Shown: positions 12,626-21,045, counted from the first letter of the stretch. The stretch: 64,000 bases of DNA from Sphingomonadaceae bacterium (GCA_029268145.1 JAJUHA010000010.1:2055-66054); one strand, 5' to 3'. Program-made: numbers and translations. The notes: generated by a model from the letters alone, not told the origin.

Positions 12626-13444
12626 CTAGCGCAGCGCGCCGGCAGAGTCAGGCGCGGCGGGCGCCTGCCAGCGCAGCGCCTCGTAGAGGAGGAGGGCGCC
12701 GGCGATGGCGACATTGAGGCTGTCGGCCCGGCCGAGCATGGGGATGGCCGCGAGCTGGTCGCAGGCGGCGAGGAGCGGCGGCGGGAGGCCTTCGGACTCG
12801 TTGCCAAGGAGGAGGAGGGCCGGGCTTCCCCAGGAAAGCGCGCGATAGTCGAGGGCGGATGGGTGCAGCGCCGCGCCGGTCAGGGTGGCGCCGTGGCGCG
12901 CCTTCCAGGCGAGCAGCTCGTCTGGCGTCGCGTGGGCGACGGGGACGGTGAAGATGGCGCCCATGGAGGCGCGCACCGCCTCGACCGAGAAGGGGTCGGT
13001 GCAGTCCCCGAGGAGGACCATGCCCGAGGCGCCCGCCCCGTCGGCGGCGCGCAGGAGCGTGCCGAGGTTGCCGGGGTCGCGCAGCCGCTCGGCGGCGAGC
13101 AGGCGTTTGCCTGGGAGGAGGTCGGCGAGGGTGCGCGAGGGGATGGGAAAGGCGGCGACCACGGCCTGGGGATTGTCCTTGCCGGAGAGGGTGGCGAGCA
13201 CGGCCGGCGTGCAGGGCAGCACGTCGCCCCGGCAGGCGCGCAGCAGGCGGCGGACGAGCGGATGGTCCTCGCGCTCCGCGGCATAGGCGACCGCCTGCGG
13301 CTCCCAGCCCGAATCGAGCGCCTCGATCCCGATCCGCAGCCCTTCGGCGAGGAACAGGCCCTCGGCGCGGCGATGCTTCTTCTCGCGCAGCGCGCGCAGC
13401 CGCTTCACCCGCGCGTTCGCGGCCGAGACGATGAGATCAGCCAT
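12626..13444 (-). CDS. TrmH/SpoU family RNA 2'-O-methyltransferase
   Basis: 272 aa. SpoU motifs LLLGNESEGL and IPMLGRADSLNVAIAGALLLYE. Confidence 0.85.
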   Translation of the reverse strand: MADLIVSAANARVKRLRALREKKHRRAEGLFLAEGLRIGIEALDSGWEPQAVAYAAEREDHPLVRRLLRACRGDVLPCTPAVLATLSGKDNPQAVVAAFPIPSRTLADLLPGKRLLAAERLRDPGNLGTLLRAADGAGASGMVLLGDCTDPFSVEAVRASMGAIFTVPVAHATPDELLAWKARHGATLTGAALHPSALDYRALSWGSPALLLLGNESEGLPPPLLAACDQLAAIPMLGRADSLNVAIAGALLLYEALRWQAPAAPDSAGALR

Positions 13445-13453
13445 GGCGCCCGG

Positions 13454-14080
13454 TCAGACCGGCGGCGCGCTGTAACAGTGCCACAGCAGGATGGCGGCGG
13501 CGCCCCGGTGCGGGCGCCAGGGTTCGGCCCGCGCCCGCAGCGCCTTCTCGGTGGGGCGGGTGCCGGCGTGGAACAGCCGCCCGGCCTCGATCTGGAGGGC
13601 GAGATCGCCGGCCGGGAAGGCGTCGCTCCGCCCTTCGGCGAAGAGGAGGTAGATTTCCGCCGACCAGCGGCCGAGCCCGCGGACCGCGGAGAGAAGCGCA
13701 ATCGCCTCCTCGTCGTCCTCGGGAAGCGCGTCGAGCGGGAGGCGCCCCTCGGCCACGTGGCAGGCGAGGCTCTGGGCATAGCCGGCCTTCTGGCGGGAGA
13801 GGCCGGCCGCGCGCAGCGCCTCGGGCGAGGCGGCGGCGATGGTGGCGGGATCCTCGAGGGGGCCGAAGGCGGCTTCGAGCCGGTTCCAGATGGCCGTGGC
13901 AGCCGCGGTCGAGACCTGCTGGGCGACGATGGCGCGCAGCAGCGTGCCATAGCCGCGCGGGCGGATCCGCGGCGCCGGCATGCCATGGCGGGCGAGCGCG
14001 GCTGCAAAGGCCGGCTCGGCGCGGGCGAGCGCCAGGACGCCTTCCTCCAGTCGTGCAGCGTCGAGCCCCATCCTCTCCAT
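13454..14080 (-). CDS. DNA-3-methyladenine glycosylase II (AlkA-like, HhH-GPD)
   Basis: 208 aa. HhH-GPD hallmarks LRAAGLSRQKAGY, GLGRWSAEIYLLF and FPAGDLAL. Confidence 0.8.
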   Translation of the reverse strand: MERMGLDAARLEEGVLALARAEPAFAAALARHGMPAPRIRPRGYGTLLRAIVAQQVSTAAATAIWNRLEAAFGPLEDPATIAAASPEALRAAGLSRQKAGYAQSLACHVAEGRLPLDALPEDDEEAIALLSAVRGLGRWSAEIYLLFAEGRSDAFPAGDLALQIEAGRLFHAGTRPTEKALRARAEPWRPHRGAAAILLWHCYSAPPV

Positions 14081-14148
14081 CCTCGGCAGCTTGCGCGGCG
14101 GCGCCGCATCGCTATGGACCGCGCCACCCGCCTTTCCAAGGAGTGCCC

Positions 14149-14466
14149 ATGCCGACCCTGATCGTTGTCGACCGCAAGGGGAACGAGCGCGCCGTCAGCG
14201 GCGATGCCGGCCTTTCGGTCATGGAGGTGATCCGCGACAACGGGTTCGACGAGCTGCTCGCGCTGTGCGGCGGCTCGTGCAGCTGCGCGACCTGCCATGT
14301 GCATGTCGACCCCGAATGGATGGCGAAGGTGGGCGGGCCGCACGCCGACGAGGCCGACCTGCTCGACAGCTCGGACCACCGCAACGAGCGGTCGCGGCTG
14401 TCGTGCCAGATCAAGTTCTCGAACGAGCTCGACGGCCTCAAGGTGACGATCGCCCCGGAAGACTGA
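14149..14466 (+). CDS. 2Fe-2S ferredoxin, adrenodoxin/putidaredoxin type
   Basis: 105 aa from ATG 14149 (MPTLIVVDRKG...). Cluster ligand motif CGGSCSCATCHV plus a distal Cys (LSCQI). Confidence 0.9.
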   Translation: MPTLIVVDRKGNERAVSGDAGLSVMEVIRDNGFDELLALCGGSCSCATCHVHVDPEWMAKVGGPHADEADLLDSSDHRNERSRLSCQIKFSNELDGLKVTIAPED

Positions 14467-14727
14467 AGGCGCGCGGCGCCAGCGCGAAGCGCTGGCCGCC
14501 GGGACGCCGGAAGTCCGGCCGGCGGGCCCGCTTCGCGGGCTTGGCCCGCGAACGCGCGGCCCGACCGACGGCGCGGAAGCCCGGGGCGGCCGGCGCGAAG
14601 CGGAGCTTCGCTGCCGGACTCGCCGAAGGCCCGGCCGGCGGGGCAGGCCGCTCCGGCGGCTCTGCCGCCGGATGGCCTGAACCCGACCGACGGCGTGCAG
14701 CAGCCGAGTGTGAAGTCGCCCCTTCCG

Positions 14728-15117
14728 TCAGGCCGGCTCGCCTGCGGCCGGCTCCATCACGAAGGCGTTCAGCTTGTTGCCGTCGAGATCGCGGAAATAG
14801 CCGGCGTAGAAGCCGTTGCCGCGCGGCCCCGGAGGCCCCTCGCAGCTGCCGCCCCTGGCAAGCGCAATGGCGTGGAGGCGATCGACCTGGGCGCGGTCCT
14901 TCGCCTCGAGCGCGACCATGACGCCGTTGCCGACGCTTGCCGGCCTGCCGTCGAAGGGGCGGGTGATGCCGAGGCCGGCGCCGCTGCCGGGCGTGCCCCA
15001 GGCGATCGCGCCATCCCATTCCATCATGCGGCCGATGCCGAGCTCGGCGGCGATGGCGTCGTAGAAGGACGCGGCCCGCTCCAGGTCATTGGTGCCAAGG
15101 GTGACGTAGCCGATCAT
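14728..15117 (-). CDS. VOC (glyoxalase/bleomycin-resistance/dioxygenase) family protein
   Basis: 129 aa. MIGYVTLGTNDLERAASFY... and FRDLDGNKL are typical VOC ends. Confidence 0.8.
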   Translation of the reverse strand: MIGYVTLGTNDLERAASFYDAIAAELGIGRMMEWDGAIAWGTPGSGAGLGITRPFDGRPASVGNGVMVALEAKDRAQVDRLHAIALARGGSCEGPPGPRGNGFYAGYFRDLDGNKLNAFVMEPAAGEPA

Positions 15118-15198
15118 CGATTCGCTCCTCCAGACTTCCTCTCAACACTCCCTCTCGCTGAGAACGTATAGGGAACATCCGGGGATGGCAAGCCGGCC

Positions 15199-15681
15199 CT
15201 AGAACTGGCCGAATCCCTCGAAGCCGGGATCGGACTGCCGGTGCAGGCGTTCGGCCGCCGTGCGGGCCAGCGCGAGCGTGACCGCGCGCCGCCGGGCGGG
15301 TGCGAGCAGGCGGGCGACCGGCGGCCGCACCAGTTCGGCGCCATGGGCATCGGCGACCACCAGCCCGGCCTCGGCCGGCGCGAAGGCCGGCGCATCGAGG
15401 AGCGGCGCGAGCGCCTCGGGCACCGCCCAGAGGAAGGCATCGCAGTGCTGCCGATAGTCCGGCCACTTGCGGTCCCCGAGGAGATCGCTGCGCGTGAGCT
15501 TGACCTCGGCCAGCCAGACGAGGCCGCGGGCATTGACGCCGACGAGATCGGCGCGGCGGCCGTCGGCCAAGCGGACCTCGCCAACCGGCGCGAAGCCGTG
15601 TAGCCAGAAGAGCCGGCAGAGACCGCGGGTGAGGAGGGCCGTGGTCAGCGCCGGTTCGGAACCATGCGGGGGTGTCGGCAA
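15199..15681 (-). CDS. MmcB-family / PD-(D/E)XK-like DNA repair protein (putative); start uncertain
   Basis: C-terminal part of track ORF 15199-16074. The nuclease-like motif RADLVGV...VWLAEVK fits D...E-x-K. There is no in-frame ATG; the candidate start is TTG 15681. Confidence 0.55.
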   Translation of the reverse strand: MPTPPHGSEPALTTALLTRGLCRLFWLHGFAPVGEVRLADGRRADLVGVNARGLVWLAEVKLTRSDLLGDRKWPDYRQHCDAFLWAVPEALAPLLDAPAFAPAEAGLVVADAHGAELVRPPVARLLAPARRRAVTLALARTAAERLHRQSDPGFEGFGQF

Positions 15682-16379
15682 TGCGGGTTCTCTTCCTTCT
15701 CTATCCCGATGTGACCCAGCTCGACCTGACCGGGCCGGCGCAGGTGCTGGCGCGGATGCCCGATGCGCGGGTCGATTTCGCCTGGAAGCGGATCGAGCCG
15801 GTGATGTCGGACTGCAACCTGGCGCTGATGCCGAGCGTGACGCTCGCCGAGGCGCCGCAGGCCGACATCCTGTGCGTGCCGGGCGGCTATGGCTGCACCG
15901 ACATGATGCACGATGCCGACGTGCTCGGCTGGCTGCGGGCGCAGGCGGACGGGGCGCGATGGGTGACGAGCGTGTGCACGGGCTCGCTGGTGCTGGCGGC
16001 GGCCGGGCTGCTCCGCGGCGTGCGCGCCGGCTGCCACTGGGCCTGGGGGCAGCATCTCGACAAGTTCGGCGCAACCTTCGTGGCCGAGCGCTGCGTTATC
16101 GACGGGCGGTTCGTGACCGCGGGCGGCGTGACCTCGGGCATCGACTTCGGCTTCCGGCTGATCCGCGAGATCCACGGCACCGAAGTGGCCGAGGCGATCC
16201 AGCTCGCCCTCGAATATGATCCCGAGCCGATCGGCGGGGGCACGCCGGCATCGGCGAGGCCCGAGGTGAAGGCGATGCTCGAGACGGCGATGGCGCCGCG
16301 GATCGCGGCGCGGGTGGCGGCGATCGACGCCGCAGCAGCAGCGCTGAAGGCCGGGCCCGCTCACGCCGCGCGCGCCTGA
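15681..16379 (+). CDS. DJ-1/PfpI family protein
   Basis: MRVLFLLYPDVTQLDLTGP... with nucleophile elbow VTSVCTGSLVLA. The track ORF begins at GTG 15672; ATG 15681 is preferred. Confidence 0.85.
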   Translation: MRVLFLLYPDVTQLDLTGPAQVLARMPDARVDFAWKRIEPVMSDCNLALMPSVTLAEAPQADILCVPGGYGCTDMMHDADVLGWLRAQADGARWVTSVCTGSLVLAAAGLLRGVRAGCHWAWGQHLDKFGATFVAERCVIDGRFVTAGGVTSGIDFGFRLIREIHGTEVAEAIQLALEYDPEPIGGGTPASARPEVKAMLETAMAPRIAARVAAIDAAAAALKAGPAHAARA

Positions 16380-17734
16380 GCCAGGGCCCGGGCGGCGCGG
16401 AGGTCCTCGACGAAGCGGGCGCGCTCGGCCGCGGCGGCCTCGGGGCTGTCGAGCCGCAGCAGGTAGCTCGGGTGGACGGTGAGGAGGCCGGTGCGGCCGT
16501 CGGGCAGGGCCAGCGGGCGGCCGCGCTCGCGCCCGACGGTGACGGGGCGGCCGAGGAGGGCGCGCCCGGCCGAGGCGCCGAGCATCACGACGAGCGCGGG
16601 GCGGACGAGGGCGAGCTCCTGGTCGAGCCACCAGCGGCAGGCTTCGATGTGGGACGCATCTGGGGACTGGTGGATGCGCCTGCGGGGGGTTGCGACGAAG
16701 CGGAAATGCTTGACGGCGTTCGTCACGTAGCAGCGGGCGCGGTCGATCCCGGCGTCGGCCAGGCACTGGTCGAGGAGCTGGCCGGCGGGTCCGACGAAGG
16801 GGCGGCCGGCCATGTCCTCCTGGTCGCCGGGCTGCTCGCCGACCAGCATGAGCCGGGCATCGGCCGGGCCCTCGCCGAAGACGGTGCGGGTGGCGGCGGC
16901 GTGGAGCGGGCAGCGGGTGCAGGTGGCGGCTGCGGCGGCAAGCCCGGCGAGGTCGGCGGGCTTCCCCGCCGCAAGCATGGCAGACGTGCGGGCCGCGGCG
17001 CCGGCGACGAGCGAGGGGATGGCGGCGGCCTCGGGCAGGTTCTTCCAGTATTTCTTCGGCATCTCGCGCGCCATGGCGGCGGGCTTGAGGCGGGCCGGGT
17101 TGAAGATGGCGCGGTAGTAGCTGGTCCACAGCGCTTCGAGCGGATCGTCCCCGGGCGCAGCGGCCCTGGTGGCGCCGGGGAGGATGTGGAGGGCGGCGCC
17201 GTCCCAGTGGGCCGAGGCCTCGGGGGTGAGGATGGTCCAGCGCATGTTGGCGAAGCGGCGGATGAAGAAGCCGCAGTTGGCGCGCAGGATGTGGTGCTCG
17301 GGCTCGAACCAGGCGATGAAGTGCGGGCCATCGGGGTCGGCGACCTCGCGGAAGCGGACGAAGGCGCGCATCTTGTGGAGGTCGCGGCCGACCGACGTCT
17401 CGAGCGCGAGCAGGCGGTCGGTGAGGGGGTCGGCGCGGTCGTCGAGGAGGCGGCGGCTGTTGCGCAGGCGGAGCGCGGCCTCGTGCAGCAGGGCGAAGCG
17501 GGCGGGATCGGAATGGCAGACCACCTTTTCGGCGAGCTCGGCGAAGCGGCGGGGCACGGCGAGCGGCGGCGCGGAGGCAGGCGGCGCGGCGGGCGGGTCG
17601 GCGAGGGGAAGGCCGCCTTCGCCGGACACCTCCCACAGCACCCCGGCGGGCGGGACCCCCTCGGCGACGAGGGCGCGAAGGGCAAGGCGGAAGCCGTCGA
17701 GATCGGCCGGGTGGGCGAGGACGGCGCGGCGCAC
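16361..17734 (-). CDS. DUF4130 domain fused to a UdgX-type family-4 uracil-DNA glycosylase-like protein
   Basis: 457 aa. The C-terminal half has UDG family-4 motif A (LVGEQPGDQED), the UdgX-specific insertion loop (ATPRRRIHQSP) and motif B (VHPSYLLRL). The N-terminal ~220 aa matches the partner domain usually found with the radical-SAM gene. GTG start lies 6 nt after the upstream stop. Confidence 0.8.
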   Translation of the reverse strand: MRRAVLAHPADLDGFRLALRALVAEGVPPAGVLWEVSGEGGLPLADPPAAPPASAPPLAVPRRFAELAEKVVCHSDPARFALLHEAALRLRNSRRLLDDRADPLTDRLLALETSVGRDLHKMRAFVRFREVADPDGPHFIAWFEPEHHILRANCGFFIRRFANMRWTILTPEASAHWDGAALHILPGATRAAAPGDDPLEALWTSYYRAIFNPARLKPAAMAREMPKKYWKNLPEAAAIPSLVAGAAARTSAMLAAGKPADLAGLAAAAATCTRCPLHAAATRTVFGEGPADARLMLVGEQPGDQEDMAGRPFVGPAGQLLDQCLADAGIDRARCYVTNAVKHFRFVATPRRRIHQSPDASHIEACRWWLDQELALVRPALVVMLGASAGRALLGRPVTVGRERGRPLALPDGRTGLLTVHPSYLLRLDSPEAAAAERARFVEDLRAARALAQARAA

Positions 17735-17739
17735 GCGCC

Positions 17740-18966
17740 TCAGCCGAAGAGCGCGAGCTGGCGGGGGCGCGCCAGGGGGTCGACCGAATCGAGGAGCGCG
17801 GTCGGCCGCCAGTCGGGCGTGGTGACGAAGGGCTTCACCCTGGCCGGCGAGGCGAGGAGGCGGGCGAGGTCGGCGAAGCGGAGGGTGCGGTGGCGGCGGC
17901 TGGCGAGGATGCGGGCCACGACCTTCGGCCCGAGGCCGGGGACCCGGAGCAGAAGCTCGCGCGGGGCGCGGTTGACATCGACCGGGAAGGCGGCGCGGTT
18001 GGCAAGGGCCCAGGCGAGCTTGGGGTCCTGATCGAGCGGGAGCCGGCCGGCGGGGGCGGCGGAGGCGAGCTCGGACAGGGTGAAGCCGTAGAAACGGAGC
18101 ATCCAGTCGGCCTGGTAGAGCCGGTGCTCGCGCACGAGCGGGGGCGGCGCGGGCGGCAGGCGGCTGCTGGAGTCGGGGATCGGGCTATAGGCGGAGTAAT
18201 AGACCCGGCGCATGCCGTGGCGGCGGTAGAGGCCGTCGGCGGTGGCGAGGATGGAAAGATCGTCGGCCGCGTCGGCGCCGACGATCATCTGGGTCGACTG
18301 GCCGGCGGGGGCGAAGCGCGGCGCGCTGCGGAAGCGGCGGCGGGCGTCCTTCGCCTCGGCGATGTCGGCGTGGAGGCGGGCCATGCTGGCCTCGATCCGG
18401 CCGGCATCCTTCTCGGGCGCGAGCGTCGCGAGCGATTCGGGCCTGGGCAGCTCGATGTTGATCGACAGGCGGTCAGCGTAGCGGCCGGCCTCGTGCACCA
18501 GCTCGGGCGATGCGTCGGGGATGGTCTTCAGGTGGATGTAGCCGCGGAAGTCATGATCCTCCCGCAGGGTGCGGGCGACGCGGACGAGCTGCTCCATGGT
18601 GTAGTCGGGGGAGCGGATGATGCCCGAGGAGAGGAACAGGCCCTCGATGCAGTTGCGGGCGTAGAAGCCGAGGGTGAGGCGGACCACCTCGTCGACGGTG
18701 AAGCGGGCGCGGCGGACGCTGCTCGAGCGGCGGTTGATGCAGAAGGCGCAGTCGAGGATGCAGCTGTTGGTGAGGAGGATCTTGAGCAGCGAGATGCAGC
18801 GGCCGTCGGGCGCGTAGCTGTGGCAGATGCCCATGCCCTCGGTAGAGCCCATGCCGCCTGTGCCGAGCGCGTGGCGCCGGCTGGTGCCGGACGACGCGCA
18901 GGAGGCGTCATACTTGGCCGCGTCGGCGAGGATCTCGAGCTTCTGGCGGAGCGTGAGCGCGGGCAT
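17740..18966 (-). CDS. putative DNA modification/repair radical SAM protein
   Basis: 408 aa from ATG 18966 (MPALTLRQKLEILADAAKYDASC...). Radical-SAM cluster motif CILDCAFCINR; C-terminal helix-hairpin-helix-like LLRVPGLGPKVVARIL. Confidence 0.85.
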   Translation of the reverse strand: MPALTLRQKLEILADAAKYDASCASSGTSRRHALGTGGMGSTEGMGICHSYAPDGRCISLLKILLTNSCILDCAFCINRRSSSVRRARFTVDEVVRLTLGFYARNCIEGLFLSSGIIRSPDYTMEQLVRVARTLREDHDFRGYIHLKTIPDASPELVHEAGRYADRLSINIELPRPESLATLAPEKDAGRIEASMARLHADIAEAKDARRRFRSAPRFAPAGQSTQMIVGADAADDLSILATADGLYRRHGMRRVYYSAYSPIPDSSSRLPPAPPPLVREHRLYQADWMLRFYGFTLSELASAAPAGRLPLDQDPKLAWALANRAAFPVDVNRAPRELLLRVPGLGPKVVARILASRRHRTLRFADLARLLASPARVKPFVTTPDWRPTALLDSVDPLARPRQLALFG

Positions 18967-18979
18967 GGGTCTTGACCGC

Positions 18980-18994
18980 GTTCCTTCTATGTTC
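18980..18994. promoter_or_regulatory. alphaproteobacterial LexA (SOS) box GTTC-N7-GTTC
   Basis: GTTCCTTCTATGTTC read at 18980-18994, 14 nt upstream of the radical-SAM ATG. On the coding strand it reads GAACATAGAAGGAAC. Confidence 0.7.
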
Positions 18995-19085
18995 CATGCG
19001 CGAGGCGCGCAAGGCGGGACGCTGCCGCAGGCCCGAGCCGGCGGAGGAGGCCGGGAGGCGCGCCGGGATGACGGGGATGGGCAGG

Positions 19086-19172
19086 TGGTGCGGTCGAGAA
19101 GACTCGAACTTCCACGGCCTTTCGGCCACAGCGACCTCAACGCTGCGCGTCTACCAGTTCCGCCACGACCGC
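19086..19172 (-). tRNA. tRNA-Leu (anticodon GAG)
   Basis: The reverse complement folds by eye as a class II tRNA: acceptor GCGGTCG/CGACCGC, D-arm GGCGGAACTGGTAGACGC, anticodon stem-loop CAGCG-TTGAGGT-CGCTG, long variable arm GTGGCCGAAAGGCCGT, T-arm GGAAGTTCGAGTCTTCT, encoded CCA. Confidence 0.9.
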
Positions 19173-19212
19173 ACGCCAGGGGAGCGCGGGGAAGCCCCGC
19201 CTCGGGTAGAGC

Positions 19213-19232
19213 GGCGCGCCTAGCAGCGCGCC
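19213..19232 (-). terminator. GC hairpin downstream of the KAS III gene (possible terminator, no U-tract)
   Basis: GGCGCGC-ctagca-GCGCGCC lies 10 nt after the stop at 19242. Confidence 0.3.
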
Positions 19233-19241
19233 AGCGCCAGT

Positions 19242-20366
19242 TCAAGCCTTGCGGCTGCGGCGGAGCAGGACCGAGCCGGCGGAATAGCCGGCGCCGAAGG
19301 AGCACAGCAGCCCCAGGTCTCCGGGCGCGAGATCGGCGTGGTGGAGGTGGAAGGCGATGATCGAGCCGGCCGAGGAGGTGTTGGCGTAGCGGTCGAGCAC
19401 GGTCGGGCTCTGGTCGTCGTTCGCCGCGTGGCCGAGGACGCGCTCGGCGATGAGGCGGTTCATGTTGGCATTGGCCTGGTGGAGCCACAGCCGCCGCAGC
19501 CGGGCCGGGGACACCCCGAGGTCGGCAAGGTGGCCGAGGATCAGCTCGGCGACCATCGGCACCACGTCCTTGAAGACCTTGCGCCCTTCCTGGACGAACA
19601 GCTTGTCGGGCTTGCCGATTCCCTCGGGCGCGGCACGGTTCAGGAAGCCGAAGTTGTTGCGGATGCTGTTCGAGAAGCGGGTCTGGAGGCGGGTGCCGAG
19701 GATCTCCCAGTGGTCCGCGGGCGCCGCGTCCCGGTCCTCGACGAGGAGGGCGGTTGCGACGTCGCCGAATATGAAGTGGCTGTCGCGGTCGCGCCAGTTG
19801 AGGTGGCCGGAGCAGATCTCGGGGTTGACGACGAGGACCCGCCGGGCCGAACCGGAGCGCAGCATGTCGGCCGCGGTCTGGAGGCCGAAGGTGGCCGACG
19901 AGCAGGCGACGTTCATGTCGAAGGCGAAGCCGAGCGCGCCGAGCGCATTCTGCACCTCGATCGCGATCGCCGGATAGGGGCGCTGGAGGTTGGAGCAGGC
20001 GCAGATGACGGCATCGACCTCCCGGCCCTCCCGCCCGGCGCGGGCCAGCGCGTCGGTGGCGGCGGCAACGGCGATCTCGGCGAGGATGGAGATGTCCTCG
20101 TTGGGCCGCTCGGGGATGCGCGGCGCCATGATCTCGGGGTCGAGGATGGGCGCCTTGGACATGACGAAGCGGCTGCGGATCCCGCTTGCCTTCTCGATGA
20201 ACGCGACCGAGGAGGGCTGGAGGGGCGCGACCGTGCCGGCCGCGATCGCTTCGGCATGGGCGGCGTTCCACCGCGCGACATGGGTGTTGAAGCTCTCGAC
20301 CAGCTCGGCGTTGGAGATGCTCTCGGCGGGGGTGAAGAGGCCGGTTGCGGAAAGGACGGGGACCAA
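19242..20366 (-). CDS. beta-ketoacyl-ACP synthase III family protein (long alphaproteobacterial form)
   Basis: 374 aa. Active-site Cys context DMNVACSSATFG, plus WLHQANANM and SFGAGYSAG. TTG start at 20366 is preceded by AGGAG. Confidence 0.85.
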   Translation of the reverse strand: MVPVLSATGLFTPAESISNAELVESFNTHVARWNAAHAEAIAAGTVAPLQPSSVAFIEKASGIRSRFVMSKAPILDPEIMAPRIPERPNEDISILAEIAVAAATDALARAGREGREVDAVICACSNLQRPYPAIAIEVQNALGALGFAFDMNVACSSATFGLQTAADMLRSGSARRVLVVNPEICSGHLNWRDRDSHFIFGDVATALLVEDRDAAPADHWEILGTRLQTRFSNSIRNNFGFLNRAAPEGIGKPDKLFVQEGRKVFKDVVPMVAELILGHLADLGVSPARLRRLWLHQANANMNRLIAERVLGHAANDDQSPTVLDRYANTSSAGSIIAFHLHHADLAPGDLGLLCSFGAGYSAGSVLLRRSRKA

Positions 20367-20415
20367 GGGGCGCGCTCCTGTTTTTTCCCGCCTTTAGGCC
20401 GCTGTCATCGCCGCG

Positions 20416-20994
20416 TCATCCTGTCATCGTCATGTCCTCGTCCGGCCAGGGGCGCTGGAGCGCGCGGGCATCGGCGCCGGCGAGCCACTGGTCGGCCGAG
20501 GGGCCGGCGAGCAGCACCGGCATCGCCCTGGGGTGGACGGCGGCGACGGTCGCGTTGGGCTGGCAGGTGAGGAAGGCGAAGCGGGGGCCATCCGCGCTGG
20601 TGCGCCACAGCCCGGCGAAGGCGAAGACGGGGGTGGAGCGGAGCGCGAACCAGCGCTTCGCCTTGCGGCCCGTGGCGGGGTCGGGCGCCGCGCTCCATTC
20701 GGCAAACGCGCTGGCCGGGACGAGGCAGCGGTGCGCGCCGCCAAGGAGCGGCCGCCAGAAGGGGCTCGAAAGGTTGCGGATGTTGGTGACGGGCCGGGCG
20801 ACGCCCGGGGGCGGCGGGATGCCCCAGACCATCCGGGCGAGCGCGCGGCCGGTGGCGGTGGCGAGGATGACGGGTGCCGCGCGATCGGGATAGTGCTCGG
20901 ACTGCGGGGGCAGGTTGGGGAACTCGCCCTCCAGGGCCCGGAACAGGTTGCGGATCGCCTCGGTGGTTGTCGTGAGCCGGTAGAGGTTGCACAT
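20416..20994 (-). CDS. SOS response-associated peptidase (SRAP/YedK-type abasic-site sensor)
   Basis: 192 aa starting MCNLYRL (catalytic Cys2). FAFAGLW and HPRMPV-like (HPRAMPVLL) motifs. Confidence 0.85.
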   Translation of the reverse strand: MCNLYRLTTTTEAIRNLFRALEGEFPNLPPQSEHYPDRAAPVILATATGRALARMVWGIPPPPGVARPVTNIRNLSSPFWRPLLGGAHRCLVPASAFAEWSAAPDPATGRKAKRWFALRSTPVFAFAGLWRTSADGPRFAFLTCQPNATVAAVHPRAMPVLLAGPSADQWLAGADARALQRPWPDEDMTMTG

Positions 20995-21016
20995 GGGCGC
21001 GACATGGCCGGGCAGG

Positions 21017-21032
21017 GCTTGCCCGGGCAAGC
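21017..21032. promoter_or_regulatory. perfect 16-bp palindrome GCTTGCCCGGGCAAGC in a 51-bp divergent intergenic region
   Basis: Read directly from the sequence. Lies between the SRAP start (20994, minus) and the DPP-IV start (21046, plus). Confidence 0.35.
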
Positions 21033-21045
21033 GGAAAGGCCTTGG

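Noticed and set aside
14438-15019. ORFs 13980-14921 (plus) and 14438-15019 (minus) covering the ferredoxin-VOC intergenic region
   Set aside because: Their translations are Arg/Ala/Pro-rich and low-complexity, and they overlap real genes at both ends. The region is better explained as structured non-coding DNA.
16361-19172. tRNA-Leu-associated genomic island carrying the radical-SAM/UdgX cassette
   Set aside because: I found no integrase gene and no direct repeat of the tRNA 3' end by eye. GC content and codon usage look native.
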